In this document: positions 24,068 to 36,904 of the stretch, in pieces
Layout of the letters: each line of letters begins with the position of its first letter
How positions within the stretch are numbered: the stretch's first letter is position 1
Assembly: GCF_001194135.2 (NCBI RefSeq)
Contig: NC_069000.1
Span: 11,452,495-11,501,450, forward strand
DNA length: 48,956 nucleotides
Source of the DNA: Octopus bimaculoides
Lineage: Eukaryota
Direction: 5' to 3'
Translations under genes and position numbers: made by a program
The notes under the pieces: model-generated
Databases searched by the model: none
The model's input: the letters and a program-made list of their open reading frames with translations, nothing else
What the model was told of the DNA's origin: nothing

Positions 24068-25159
24068 CTTATGTCAATCAGCATGTATATATATAGTTAT
24101 TTATGTGCGTGTCTGTGTGTGTTATAGCAGTGTGTCACACCGTCCGTCAACGGCTCCACCTCTCAACGTCTCTCACACATTCACCCCGCTCCCCACATTT
24201 CTGATCCTGACCCACCTCAGTAACGCTGCCTCTCTCTGCCTGTCGGACTCTCTCGATCGGTCTGTCCGCCTGTCTGTCAGCGTGCCCGTTTAGTGTGTTC
24301 AGTGCAATGTCAACGTTCTCATCGGTATAGTGTCATTAACTACACCAACACACAACAATTACAGCATCTATGAATGAATGTGCCTGTCATCATATCAACA
24401 CACACACGCACGCGTGCGCGCGCAGACACGCATATACGCAGACACACACACACACACGTACACTTAGTAACATACTCACACACACACAAAGAAAGCCGCA
24501 CACTAGCAAACACAAACACATTGTTCATACGTATACACGTTCGGGCATAAAAATATAAATACATTTACACGCGGGCCAAACCAGACATACACACTCACAT
24601 ACGCAATTATATTAATAAAACACGCACACACACACACATACACGCACACACACACATACACGTATCAATGCACACCAACTCACACAGACCCTGTTACATA
24701 GTTACACACGCACAACGTACACATGTATTTATGCCTATACACATGCACCTGTCCACATATTCAATTGTATACTGACATACACGCAGGCACTCACACACTC
24801 GCCAAAATACACACGCACGCACACATACACACACAGAGATACACACACAAATGCATCGAATCTGATTTGCGTATACATGCGTGCACATGCACACACACAT
24901 ATACACGTACTAAAGCGGGTCTCAAGTTCGTGGTTGTTACTCAGCTATCTTGAATTAGCAGCCAAATATCCCTGAAATCACAGCCACCCATTTTAAAAGA
25001 GACACAGGATGCTTTAGAAAATGTACTCTTAGATATACAAATTGATGGGATGAACGCGATCGGAAAGTCTTCGGTTACTGGTCTGCTAGATTAGAGCTGA
25101 TTATTGGCTAGATTAGAGCTGATTAGCAGCAGCAGCAGAAGCAGCAGCGTAGTTATATA

Positions 25160-25375
25160 ATTATTTCTACTCTAGGTACAAGCCCTGAAAATTATGAGGA
25201 AGGGGACTAGTCGATTACAACGACCTCAGTGTTTCACTGGTACTTAATTTATCGGCTCTGAAAGGATAAAAAGCAAAGTCCACCTCGGCGGAATTTGAAC
25301 TCAGAACGTAAAAACAGACGGAATACCATTAAGCATTTCGCCCGGTGTGCTAACGATTCTGTCAGCTCGCCGCGT
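25160..25375 (-). mobile_element. Family G SINE, near full length
   Basis: CCTCGGCGGAATTTGAACTCAGAACGTAAAAACAGACG...GTGCTAACGATTCTGTCAGCTCGCCGC. Confidence 0.9.
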
Positions 25376-26337
25376 GAAACTCATACGTAATTGTTTGGAT
25401 GTAACTTTCTGTCGTTTCACAAATATATTATTATCGACTTCTTGATTACTTCTAGCAGTCGTTCAGTCCGGGGGTGAAGCTCACTTTATGAGATTGTTTA
25501 TTGAATGTGTTAAATTTAAATGCTTTGGTTGATGTAAGATTCTAGATTTTTAATGCGCTGCACTTCTATTGTCGAAAAAAAAAAGACACTATGGTACAGC
25601 TATTTGAGCGGACAGCAGATCTATAAGGCACTACTCGTATCCGATCTATCTTGACGCACAAGCAGATACTTGTTTCAGAAGAGTACAAAGTTATGAGCAC
25701 ATACTTTGGATTTGATTCTTTCTACTTAGCCATCAAGAAGTCTTTCACTAATCGTTCTTCGTCATATTACCCTACACATACATCTCACACGATTTTAACT
25801 TTTGATCTATGATTTTGTAATGCTATCTGCGTGAGAGCAAATTTATTGTGGGTTCAACCGTGTCCGAAATATTAAATTTTCTTTTACCATTTCGATGCTG
25901 AGACTTAAAAATTTTTCGATTTTCATTTGCAAATTTCCTTTTGTTTTTCACGCTGAGCTGTCCGAATTTAACAAACTTGTCCCCTTTATATTGGTAAACC
26001 CCAATTAATTACCAGTCATCTTGAAAGAAGTTGATATCCGGGGTTGACAACTGTAATTTGCGCCTTCAGCATGGAAAATATTGTTGGGCGTTACACTCCG
26101 CGATGTTTGAGACAGAAAGTAGCGTTTATTTCACTGCTGTGTACCAAGTTTGCGTTGTTGCTGAATATAAAGGCTAATGTAATCGGGATGCATGTCGGTT
26201 ACGTTATTAGTTGGTGCATGGAAATGTCTTGGGTGGCGTTAATTAGCGCTAAATGTTCCATACTGTTTAGAAGTGAGCTCACGGGTATAATATACCCTGA
26301 AGCAAATTTATCCCCTGTAGCGTATATCTATCTATCC

Positions 26338-26409
<72 letters not shown>

Positions 26410-26863
26410 GTATGTGTGTATGTGTGTATGTGTATATATATATGCNNNNNNNNNNNNNNNNNNNNNNNNNNNNNNNNNNNNNNNNNNNNNNNNNNNNNNN
26501 NNNNNNNNNNNNNNNNNNNNNNNNNNNNNNNNNNNNNNNNNNNNNNNNNNNNNNNNNNNNNNNNNNNNNNNNNNNNNNNNNNNNNNNNNNNNNNNNNNNN
26601 NNNNNNNNNNNNNNNNNNNNNNNNNNNNNNNNNNNNNNNNNNNNNNNNNNNNNNNNNNNNNNNNNNNNNNNNNNNNNNNNNNNNNNNNNNNNNNNNNNNN
26701 NNNNNNNNNNNNNNNNNNNNNNNNATATGGGTGTGTGCCAGTATTAAGACCTGCATGTATATATTCACTTCAAGCATATATATATGCCTGTGTGTGTGTG
26801 TGTGTACACTAGCGAGAGAGTTTATTAAAAAATATCGGTCAAGATACGAAAGTGATCTAATAT

Positions 26864-26956
<93 letters not shown>

Positions 26957-27736
26957 GAATATCTATTCACATATGCAAAGGAGTACCTGCTTAATTTAAT
27001 TAAGTACATCAGATGTATATTTATTTCAGATTAACTTATATTTGGTTCCCTTTCAGATAGGATTAACAGATTTACAATTTTGTTTGTTTGTTTGTTTCTA
27101 TCTTTCTTTTTGTTTGTTTTTTTTCCCTTTTTTCGTCGGTGGCGTTTTGTTTTAGCTTTCGACGGTCTTTTCAAGTATGCATTTAGTATTTTTCTTTTTG
27201 CCGGTTTTAAATTACACTTAGACACATGTGGAAATGTTATATTTGTATTAATGTTAATACTTCTTATCAATAGTTTGATATGAATAGTTTCATAATTGGG
27301 TGTATTACATATTCGGTCAGAGATGATGTGAATAGAAGCAAATGCACTTGCACGAGGCAAAAAAAAAAAAAAAAAANNNNNNNNNNNNNNNNNNNNNNNN
27401 NNNNNNNNNNNNNNNNNNNNNNNNNNNNNNNNNNNNNNNNNNNNNNNNNNNNNNNNNNNNNNNNNNNNNNNNNNNNNNNNNNNNNNNNNNNNNNNNNNNN
27501 NNNNNNNNNNNNNNNNNNNNNNNNNNNNNNNNNNNNNNNNNNNNNNNNNNNNNNNNNNNNNNNNNNNNNNNNNNNNNNNNNNNNNNNNNNNNNNNNNNNN
27601 NNNNNNNNNNNNNNNNNNNNNNNNNNNNNNNNNNNNNNNNNNNNNNNNNNNNNNNNNNNNNNNNNNNNNATATTTAAGTATATGTATATATATATGTATC
27701 TCTTTCTCTATCTCTCTCTCTATATATATCTACATG

Positions 27737-27791
<55 letters not shown>

Positions 27792-28097
27792 GCGTGCGTG
27801 TGTGAGAAAGGCAGAGAAAGTGAGTGGGGGAAATCCATTACAGAATAAACATCCTACAGAAATATCAATATCATATTCTTCATCTTCCAGTTTCTAAACA
27901 CGCCTATACTTATGTGTACTCACACACACACACATATATTTATATACACGCACACATACACGTACACATACACGCACACATACACGCACGCACCCACACA
28001 TAGTCACACGCGCACATACACACGTATATCCACAATTACATATGCTTATTTATAAACACATGCACATCTATTTCTGTATATACATTATAAATGCATT

Positions 28098-28144
<47 letters not shown>

Positions 28145-28145
28145 A

Positions 28146-28179
<34 letters not shown>

Positions 28180-28960
28180 NNNNNNNNNNNNNNNNNNNNN
28201 NNNNNNNNNNNNNNNNNNNNNNNNNNNNNNNNNNNNNNNNNNNNNNNNNNNNNNNNNNNNNNNNNNNNNNNNNNNNNNNNNNNNNNNNNNNNNNNNNNNN
28301 NNNNNNNNNNNNNNNNNNNNNNNNNNNNNNNNNNNNNNNNNNNNNNNNNNNNNNNNNNNNNNNNNNNNNNNNNNNNNNNNNNNNNNNNNNNNNNNNNNNN
28401 NNNNNNNNNNNNNNNNNNNNNNNNNNNNNNNNNNNNNNNNNNNNNNNNNNNNNNNNNNNNNNNNNNNNNNNNNNNNNNNNNNNNNNNNNNNNNNNNNNNN
28501 NNNNNNNNNNNNNNNNNNNNNNNNNNNNNNNNNNNNNNNNNNNNNNNNNNNNNNNNNNNNNNNNNNNNNNNNNNNNNNNNNNNNNNNNNNNNNNNNNNNN
28601 NNNNNNNNNNNNNNNNNNNNNNNNNNNNNNNNNNNNNNNNNNNNNNNNNNNNNNNNNNNNNNNNNNNNNNNNNNNNNNNNNNNNNNNNNNNNAGTGCAAA
28701 AGAAAAAAGTAGAGAAAAAGAGGGTATGGCGAAGAGTGAGAGAGAAAGAGGGAGAGAGGTGTGTATTAAGTTTATAAAATTGTGCATAAAGTATATAAAG
28801 TGTATATAATAATCATCGTAATGCAATTTCCTTCGCTTTTAATGAATAGCAGATGAACGACTCATCTTTTGATACAGACACAACACAGGTTATGCTTTCA
28901 GATTTTTTTTTTTTTTTGAATAAAGGTTTCAAACATAGCCCAATAAGCGAAATAGTAAAT

Positions 28961-29055
28961 TACAGCAGGGTTAGAACTCGAAATGCAATGTATCCAGAAC
29001 AAATTCTTCAAGGTGTCTGATCTGATCTTCTTAGAGATCCGTTAAGCCACTGCCC
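28961..29055 (-). mobile_element. tRNA-like-headed repeat (family D)
   Basis: Reverse complement aligns over about 90 bp with 44933-45030; A box TGGCTTAACGG. Confidence 0.7.
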
Positions 29056-29304
29056 TGTATATAAATATATATGAATATATATCAATGTATATTATATAAA
29101 CGTATATGTGCGTATGTGTGTGTGTGTATGTTCATGTATACATATATATGTACACACACATATTCATATATGATGCATGTCTGTATGCGTAAATTCTTGA
29201 ATCAACCATCAACATATGTTGATGTTTGATTCAGGATGGATGATCTTTGTTTCCTTCTTTGAACTTTTCCATTGTAATGATAATAGAATTTCGAACTGAA
29301 AATC

Positions 29305-30125
29305 TGTATATCTTGAAACACCTCGGCGTAAACAATATTCATTGCGTAAATTCTTTTTGGTGTCCATATGAATAATGTTTTGCTGCTTCCAATTCGTGAG
29401 CAACCAACATAGAGTTGGCTGTGGGAGAAGCATGTAGTAGAGAGATCAAGTTTAATTACCTTGAGGGATTGAGGGATTTAATTTAAATATCAAAACTTAG
29501 TTTGCCTGGAGACTGAAGCCTCTTAAATTCAAATGGTACATCTATAGGTATGAGAGGAATTTTTGGAATGAAGACATTTTCTTCTTTGTGACTACCTATT
29601 ATTATTGTTGCCTCTAGAGCATGGGGCTTCATGGAATTAACAATTAAGCGACTTCCATTACACAGGCGAGGTGGGTCAGGATTCCTATGCAGCATAATGG
29701 AAACAACCAACTTTAGTGTTAAGTTATGCGGTGGCATCCCAGTGGGTTTGAGTGTGTTCAGAAATTCAACAGGGTATTGAACAGCCTGATCCTGATCGAC
29801 AATCTTGTCAGTTGATCGAAAAGTCATTTATGACGCGTCTGCTAACTTTTGAAGAAGTTCATGATTGAGTTTATCAACCATTTCATTAGTTGGAGCCAGT
29901 ATAGCACTTTCACATAACCAGTTTACATCGGTCTAATTGACAGATAAATTAGGAAATACTTTATCCATAAGATTCTTAAGAGAAAGTACCATCTGACCGC
30001 TTGTAATTTCATGTAGCTGAAGTCTTGGGTTGAATGCTAATATCTCGTAACCAATCTTAAGAAACTCCTCTGAAAATCCACCAGGTGTATGATCACCTTG
30101 TAGATGGATTTTATTCTCAAACAGT
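29305..30125 (-). pseudogene. Helitron RepHel C-terminal Pif1-like SF1 helicase fragment, inactivated
   Basis: Reads KIHLQGD...KVFPNL...WLCESAILAPTNEMVDKLN*...YPVEFLNTLKPTGMPPHNLTLK...RLCNGSRLIV...VFIPKIPLIP...FKRLQ (ORF 29483-29827), then after a frameshift CFSHSQLYVGCSRIG (motif VI, 29389-29432). Contains stops and frameshifts. Confidence 0.9.
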
Positions 30126-30856
30126 ATGAAAGTCTCAATGAAAATATAGTAACTTAATTGAAGGTCAGTGTTTNNNNNNNNNNNNNNNNNNNNNNNNNNN
30201 NNNNNNNNNNNNNNNNNNNNNNNNNNNNNNNNNNNNNNNNNNNNNNNNNNNNNNNNNNNNNNNNNNNNNNNNNNNNNNNNNNNNNNNNNNNNNNNNNNNN
30301 NNNNNNNNNNNNNNNNNNNNNNNNNNNNNNNNNNNNNNNNNNNNNNNNNNNNNNNNNNNNNNNNNNNNNNNNNNNNNNNNNNNNNNNNNNNNNNNNNNNN
30401 NNNNNNNNNNNNNNNATGAAGAATTGGCCTCGACAGACGTCAGCCACATCCCTGCTGTATTCTTGAGATATTCTTTTGTTTGTAAAATTATTCTCATCTG
30501 ATGATTACGGTCTTTTGCAATGGAGTAATGTTCTCATGATTCTATAGGGTGCGGGAGAGAGGACGGACGTTTTTGAAAATTTCACATAATCATTAATTTT
30601 AGCTGCAAGCAAATTTTATTGACATCAATGTGTCTGTATTGAATTAGCATTTGTCAAAATTAAGCGTGAAAACAACGTCCTTTCATGTGGTGTCCGTTTA
30701 AGACACCACGGACTAAATGCTACCTGTCGGACATATGTCCCTCCCGCTGGGGCTGAGTAATAGCCATTAAAAAAAAAAGCCCGTCCTCTCTGCCCCACCC
30801 TGTACTAAAAGGTTACGTAAAAAACAGCTGTAATGAGCCGACAATTATTCATCATA

Positions 30857-31315
30857 TGTTATTCATTTGATTATAATACACCAAGGGAATTTACGACTTG
30901 TCGGACACCCTAGAGTATACCAAAACGTGCTATTTAAAGTAACGTGTGATTTGGACCAGCCCCTGGGCGTTAAATACTGATAAGCTTGGTTTTCTTTTAT
31001 AACGTAGTTTCTGCATATGTCATTTTAATATCGTGCACTAATAACAGTGTGATATATAGTACCACGGAACGGAGTAGGCACCAACTGTCTCTACTTGATG
31101 TGTTCCCATATACTCTGCTAACAACTGTAACCATTCCAAAATAACTCAACGAACTATAACAAATTCACAATTTCCTGCGACTCCTCGAACTCGCGAACGA
31201 CACCTATCGACTTCTTACGATTTCTCATCTCTCGCTCTCAGTCAGACATGCTACTACTTATACGAGTTTGGCTAAGTCCATTCTCACAGGGGGTGTCATG
31301 ATCCTCGCCATAACA
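30857..31315 (-). mobile_element. Probable 3' LTR (459 bp) of an LTR retrotransposon
   Basis: 6-bp perfect inverted termini TGTTAT...ATAACA, preceded on the minus strand by the polypurine tract AAAAGGGGAGA (31326-31316). The partner LTR is not in the window. Confidence 0.55.
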
Positions 31316-31359
31316 TCTCCCCTTTTGAAATTTAACTTCTGTAGGAAGTGCGACTTGTT

Positions 31360-31830
31360 TATTTAATTTTATTCTATTTTTTTATCAACACCTCTCCTTT
31401 TTTTTTGAGATTTTAATTTCCTCAGAAGTTTTAATACTTCTTTCCCTTCGGGACTATTTCTAGTCGTTCTGCTGTTTACATTTTCTGTTGCTGATCCGCC
31501 TAGGTTCAACCTCTTTTGGCGTTGGAACGTCGAACAAGTCATACAAACTTCCATCGGTATTTTTCTTTCTTCAGTATGTCTGGTCTTCAACTGGTTCAAA
31601 TGTCGTTTGTGCTCTCCTATTTGACCTTTTATTATGTACATCATGCTTCCTATTCTTTTCGTCACTATATCGTCTTCTCAACCTTATCTTATATCTTGTT
31701 AAATGAACATTTTCTCTCACATTAAAATACTTTCTGTGTCTTGAGTTTTCCCTATAAGTTTTTTTTTTTGTAGGTAATTTATCAAAAGTTGATTTTATCT
31801 TCCGGGCAAACATTAGCTCTGCGGGCGACT
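31360..31830 (-). pseudogene. Frameshifted K/R/E-rich coding-like remnant upstream of the PPT
   Basis: Overlapping ORFs 31369-31665 and 31571-31813 with a purine-rich sense strand; no recognisable domain. Confidence 0.3.
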
Positions 31831-32052
31831 TGCCTGAGTAGGTGTTTGGGTTAGTTTTTACCCTGTAAACCCTTAAGAACTGAGTTAGTGCCGCATCATT
31901 GTCTAATTAATTTCTTGATTTGTTTTAGTGCTCGCTTAAATGTGTCTACGAATCATTCTGCTTGCCCATTTGATCTCGGGTGGTACGGCGAAGTAGAGAT
32001 GTGATTGATTGCATACCTCAAATTGAAATTTTAAAATTCGTACTCCGAAATA

Positions 32053-32309
32053 TGCTCGGGCTGCCACCAAAACTACATAGGGTCCACGGGATTATCGCTC
32101 AGACGCAGACGCACTCTGCATCGACAGCAGATTGCATTCCCAGAATGATACCCTTTAGTGAACATATTGAGAAATGCGCAAAACAAATGCTACCACAATT
32201 TATAATCTTTCCATTCTATCAATGTGCTATTGGAACACCAACACAAATTAGATTAAATAAGGAAACCTTCTTCATTGAAAAATATAAGCCAAAACTTAAC
32301 CATTGCTAA
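32053..32309 (+). pseudogene. Penelope-like element GIY-YIG endonuclease, C-terminal fragment
   Basis: CSGCHQNYIGSTGLSLRRRRTLHRQQI (frame from 32053, stop at 32146), then after a frameshift FSEHIEKC...IFPFYQ...RLNKETFFIEKYKPKLN*. These are the CxxC-YIG, RxxxH and E...P.LN motifs. Confidence 0.85.
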
Positions 32310-32536
32310 CACTTTTAAATAAGGAAACTCACCTCACTGAGACAAAAATATAGAGCAAAACCTAACCACTTGTAACATTCTATTCCTTCTAAACCAAATC
32401 ATGTTAAATTAATCAAAATCTATCATCTCTAACATTTTTGATTATCACCCTTATACCGGAAAAAATCCCTGATTACCTTCCCCTATCTAGAACTCCATAT
32501 TTTACACCGGAGCGAAGACATGTTATGATACAGGTA

Positions 32537-32575
32537 GAGAAATTTGAAAAGAAAATACGAAACCGGTTATTTCTC
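32537..32575 (+). ncRNA. Decayed minimal type I hammerhead downstream of the Penelope-like ORF
   Basis: Perfect 7-bp stem I GAGAAAT/ATTTCTC enclosing TTGAAAA (CTGAAGA with 2 changes), a short G...C stem II, and GAAA-C-CG-G-T-T. Confidence 0.5.
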
Positions 32576-32731
32576 CCAAAACAATGTTTCTATACTCAAA
32601 ATTTTCTAACATTTTTCTAACATAACGATTCAAATATATACTTTAACCACATAACACAAGCCTTCTCTAGTTTTTTCACTCTTGTTTATTTTTTATATAT
32701 ATACATATATATATGTGTGTGTGTGTGTGCG

Positions 32732-32775
<44 letters not shown>

Positions 32776-33735
32776 TCTGTGTTTGCGTGTGACATGTATA
32801 TGTCTGCTAACGTGTATGTGTGTGTATGTATGTGTATTTGTGTGGTCGAGAAAGGACGGAATAGATGTGTTAATAGTGTATATTATATTAGAAATCTATA
32901 GATTAAAATGTAGTCTACACTTAAACACAAGCACGTACACACACATAGAAGTGCACAAACACGCACACACACACGTATATACATACATACATACACACAT
33001 ACATACATACACACACATACATACATACATGCATACATACATACATACATACATATATACATACATACATACACATACACTCATCCTAATATAGACACAC
33101 ATATCAGTGTGGAGATACACATGAACACTTGTCATCTATCATATATACATACACCCAATCTCTACATCTAAAAATACGTAAGCGGAGTAACAGGAAATGG
33201 ACAAGAACTCATACAACCATTCAATCTAAGATCTTCCTGAAATAATGTTCTTTATATCCGTGCCATTAGAAATATGGTGTTGAAAAAACAAAGCGCGCTT
33301 TAAAGATCCCGCCTTGAACCCGTTGGATTGCTTCTAGCAGACGATAGTTTTGTTATTTTGAATGCAGAAGTTTTCCGTCAGTTACTCTGGGCTGTCTGTG
33401 GTTCCCCCCACCTTATTCCTTAATGTACTGGTGATCTAACTACATAGTGTATGTATGTATGTATTATGTATTATATGTATGTATGTATATTTGTTTGTTT
33501 GTATGTATGTATGTATGTATGTATGTATGTATGAGTATGTATGTACGTACGTATGTGTCTGTATGTACGTACGTACATATGTGTGTATTGTATATGTGTA
33601 TGTGTATGTACGTGTGTGTGTACGTACATGTGCGTATGTGTATGTATGTGTATGTATGTATGTACGTACGTATGTGTGCATATTTGTATCAGTGTCTGTA
33701 TATATGCATGAATGTATGTATGTGTGTAATGGATG

Positions 33736-33739
<4 letters not shown>

Positions 33740-33827
<88 letters not shown>
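33740..33827. repeat. Long (AT)n within an (ATGT)n-rich low-complexity tract spanning about 33445-33986
   Basis: Direct reading. Confidence 0.95.
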
Positions 33828-33833
<6 letters not shown>

Positions 33834-35512
33834 AATGTATGCTTGCATGTATCTATGCATGAATATATGAATATATGTATATGTGTATGTATGCATGTGT
33901 GCATGTATGCATGCACGTATGTATATATGAATGCATGTATATATGTTTGCTTGTATGTATGTATGTATGTATGTATGTATGTATGTGTCGTCATCGATGA
34001 TTTCGATAGGAGACAGAAACGTGTACGGTGGTGGTTAAGAAGAGGAAATTAGATAGTTTTATTAAATATGATACCACATTACTAGACCCGCCGCCATTCT
34101 GCTGTCATAGGGTTTTATACATCAACATGGCTGCCACGAAGCTACAAAGATGATGTCTTAACAAAACAGCAATCTGCACGCACACTTCGTCTAATCTATC
34201 ATGGGACTTGCAGATCCATGAATGCATTCTCATGCACAAACCGTGGCTAGATTGTTTATTTATTGACAAAGGGTCGAACGAAAGGGAATTAGAAAAGTGC
34301 AATTTTATTTCAGATTGTGTAAAATATCACTTCTTTCGATATTATTATGGCAGAGAAGTTTGGCAAAATGCTTACTGGGTAGTTAGAGTGCATTAAACAG
34401 TCTTTCAACAAGACACACCCAATGTCGTCTGCTGGAATTGTTTCTGGTATTTAAATTCTATACTCGATATGGCAAAATCACAGAGATGTTTAGAATGTTA
34501 GCATTCTTGGAGAGGGACACACGCACAACCACACACACACACACACACATGCAAATACACTCACACACACATACATATATATACACACACACGCACACAT
34601 ACGTATACAGACACATACACACATACAGTCAGACATAGGCATAAACTCATAAAATACGTAAATACGGACACGTGGATACACATATACACACACGTACTCA
34701 TGACAATGCAAACACTTCTCTAAGAATACGCATAGAGACAGAGTAACGCCTACATACTTACACATACGCACACACTCACACTTACACACACACACACACA
34801 CACATATAAAGGCATATGTATATGTTGATGTGTGGTAAGCGTGTGTGATAGTACATGTATATGCATGTGTGTGTATTAATCTGCTAACATTATGAATAGT
34901 AACGCACGTATGTATGCATATATACATCCACGTATACACATAGACATGCACACACAAACGCTCACACACACACATCCACATACATACATACATACACACA
35001 TACTGATTTTAGTGGGACTTGAAATTTCGCATTTAAGGCTTATTTGACCAGTGGACTAAACAGATAAAGGAGGCATTATAAGATCCAGTTAAATCAACTT
35101 AATTAATCTTACTCTACTACTCGCACGGAGTCCAGCCTCCAATAAATGTTTTGTTATTTTCTCCAAAATGACGAGAAGTACCAAATAATATATACAATAG
35201 GCCCAGGCGTGCCCGCGTCGGAAGACGCTTTTTACTCAACGATATGGTTCAGAGTTCAGTGCCATTGTGTGATACCTTCGACAAGACTCTTGTAGTATAG
35301 CTCCAAACCGACCAATACCGTGTGAGTTAATTTGGTAGAGGGACACTTTCAGGAAGCCTGTCGTGTGTATATGGATATGTGTAGGTGTGTGTGAATACAT
35401 ATATATATATTTCTACGTGTGTATGTTTGTATATGTATATTTATATGTATGCGTCAGCGTATGTGTGCGTGCTCGCGCGTGTATTTGTACATTAATATAT
35501 ACATATGCAAGC

Positions 35513-35570
<58 letters not shown>

Positions 35571-35639
35571 CACCTATCTGCGTACCTTATTTTATAAATT
35601 TTACTTGTCAATGGACAGCAAGTATGCTGCGGCACCACC

Positions 35640-35950
35640 TTAAATTGTTTTAGCGAACACATCGACTCTAGTGCTTTGGTCTGGTACCATTTTATCATCA
35701 TTTATGTCGAACCCTTAAGCTACGGGAACGTAAACAATCTAACACTGAGGTAACAAACACAAATCCAAATCCACAAAAACACACACACACACACAAATAG
35801 CTTTCGCACAGTTTCCATCTACTAAATCCTTTCATATGGCTTTGGTCGGCCTGTGGCTATAGGAAAAAATCGCTTTTCCAAATTGCTGCGTAGTGGAATT
35901 GAACTCAAAACTACGTTGTAGGTCGAACTTCTTAACCACACAGCCGTGGC
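35640..35950 (-). mobile_element. Diverged composite SINE (family B head + (GT)n + family A body)
   Basis: Same module order as 40943-41356. Confidence 0.6.
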
Positions 35951-36018
35951 TATCCTGTCTGTTTCTGTCTGTGATCTGTCTGCTTCTGCCTGTCAAACTG
36001 TTTCTGTCTTTCTTTCTG

Positions 36019-36076
<58 letters not shown>

Positions 36077-36904
36077 TCTGTGTTTGTGTTTATAAGAGCT
36101 TGCATCCGCGTGTGTAAGTAAATATGTATTATCTGCGCACTACGTTGCTGTTTATTTTTTCCACACTGCAAGTACGGACGAGTGTAATATATTGAGTCAA
36201 AATTCTTTGTGCCAGATGCTGTGTCCGACACGTGCTTCATCATGACACTCTGATAGTGACCCCTCTTATAATAATACTAATGGCAATCTTCAACCCTGAT
36301 GAAGAAAGTGAGCCAGCAAAAGCCTTATGTTATTTTTGTCTTAGTTAGCGCCGTTGCTGGATCTTAATATGCTCGACAGTATTAGTAAATCTACTCTGGT
36401 TGCCAGTCTTTGGTCGTGTAGTTCTTGTAATTATTTCTGTTTCAGATAAAGGCAAAAACGATATCAGTAAAAACGTTACGGCTTTACTCTAAGTGGCTTA
36501 AAGCCCTTTCATACAGTCTCATCGCTTTGTATTGTGAGCTAGGATTTTATAATTCTAACCTTATTTGTCGGCTCCTCTAAATCGATAAAAGGAAGCCTTT
36601 ACTTGGTCGTTCGTTCGACCGGCAAGAAATACCAGTCAAATCGCTAATCAGTTCATACCTACCCATCTAGAACACCAGGCAAGGCACACATGCCATCACG
36701 AGGCCCAGTCTTTGTCGCGGTGTTGTGTTTATGCTTTGGTGACTCAGTGAATAATACCAGCGGGGGGCTAGCTTCTAGTAGGATTTCCTATACTGAACAG
36801 GTCAAAGGATAGAAGACAGAATAATATGGTCGAAAAGGTTCCATTTGTGAACCATCCCATTTATAAGTAATGCATTCAAGGCCACATTATCGTATGTGTT
36901 TTAA

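Noticed and set aside
26068-26330. Open frame MENIVGRYTPRCLRQK... after a possible acceptor
   Set aside because: No recognisable homology, no convincing donor, and it runs into (TCTA)n.
33994-34030. CGATGA-TTTC-gatag-GAGA-CAGAAACGTGTA hammerhead-like motif
   Set aside because: It needs several corrections and no stem I is visible; at best a relic.
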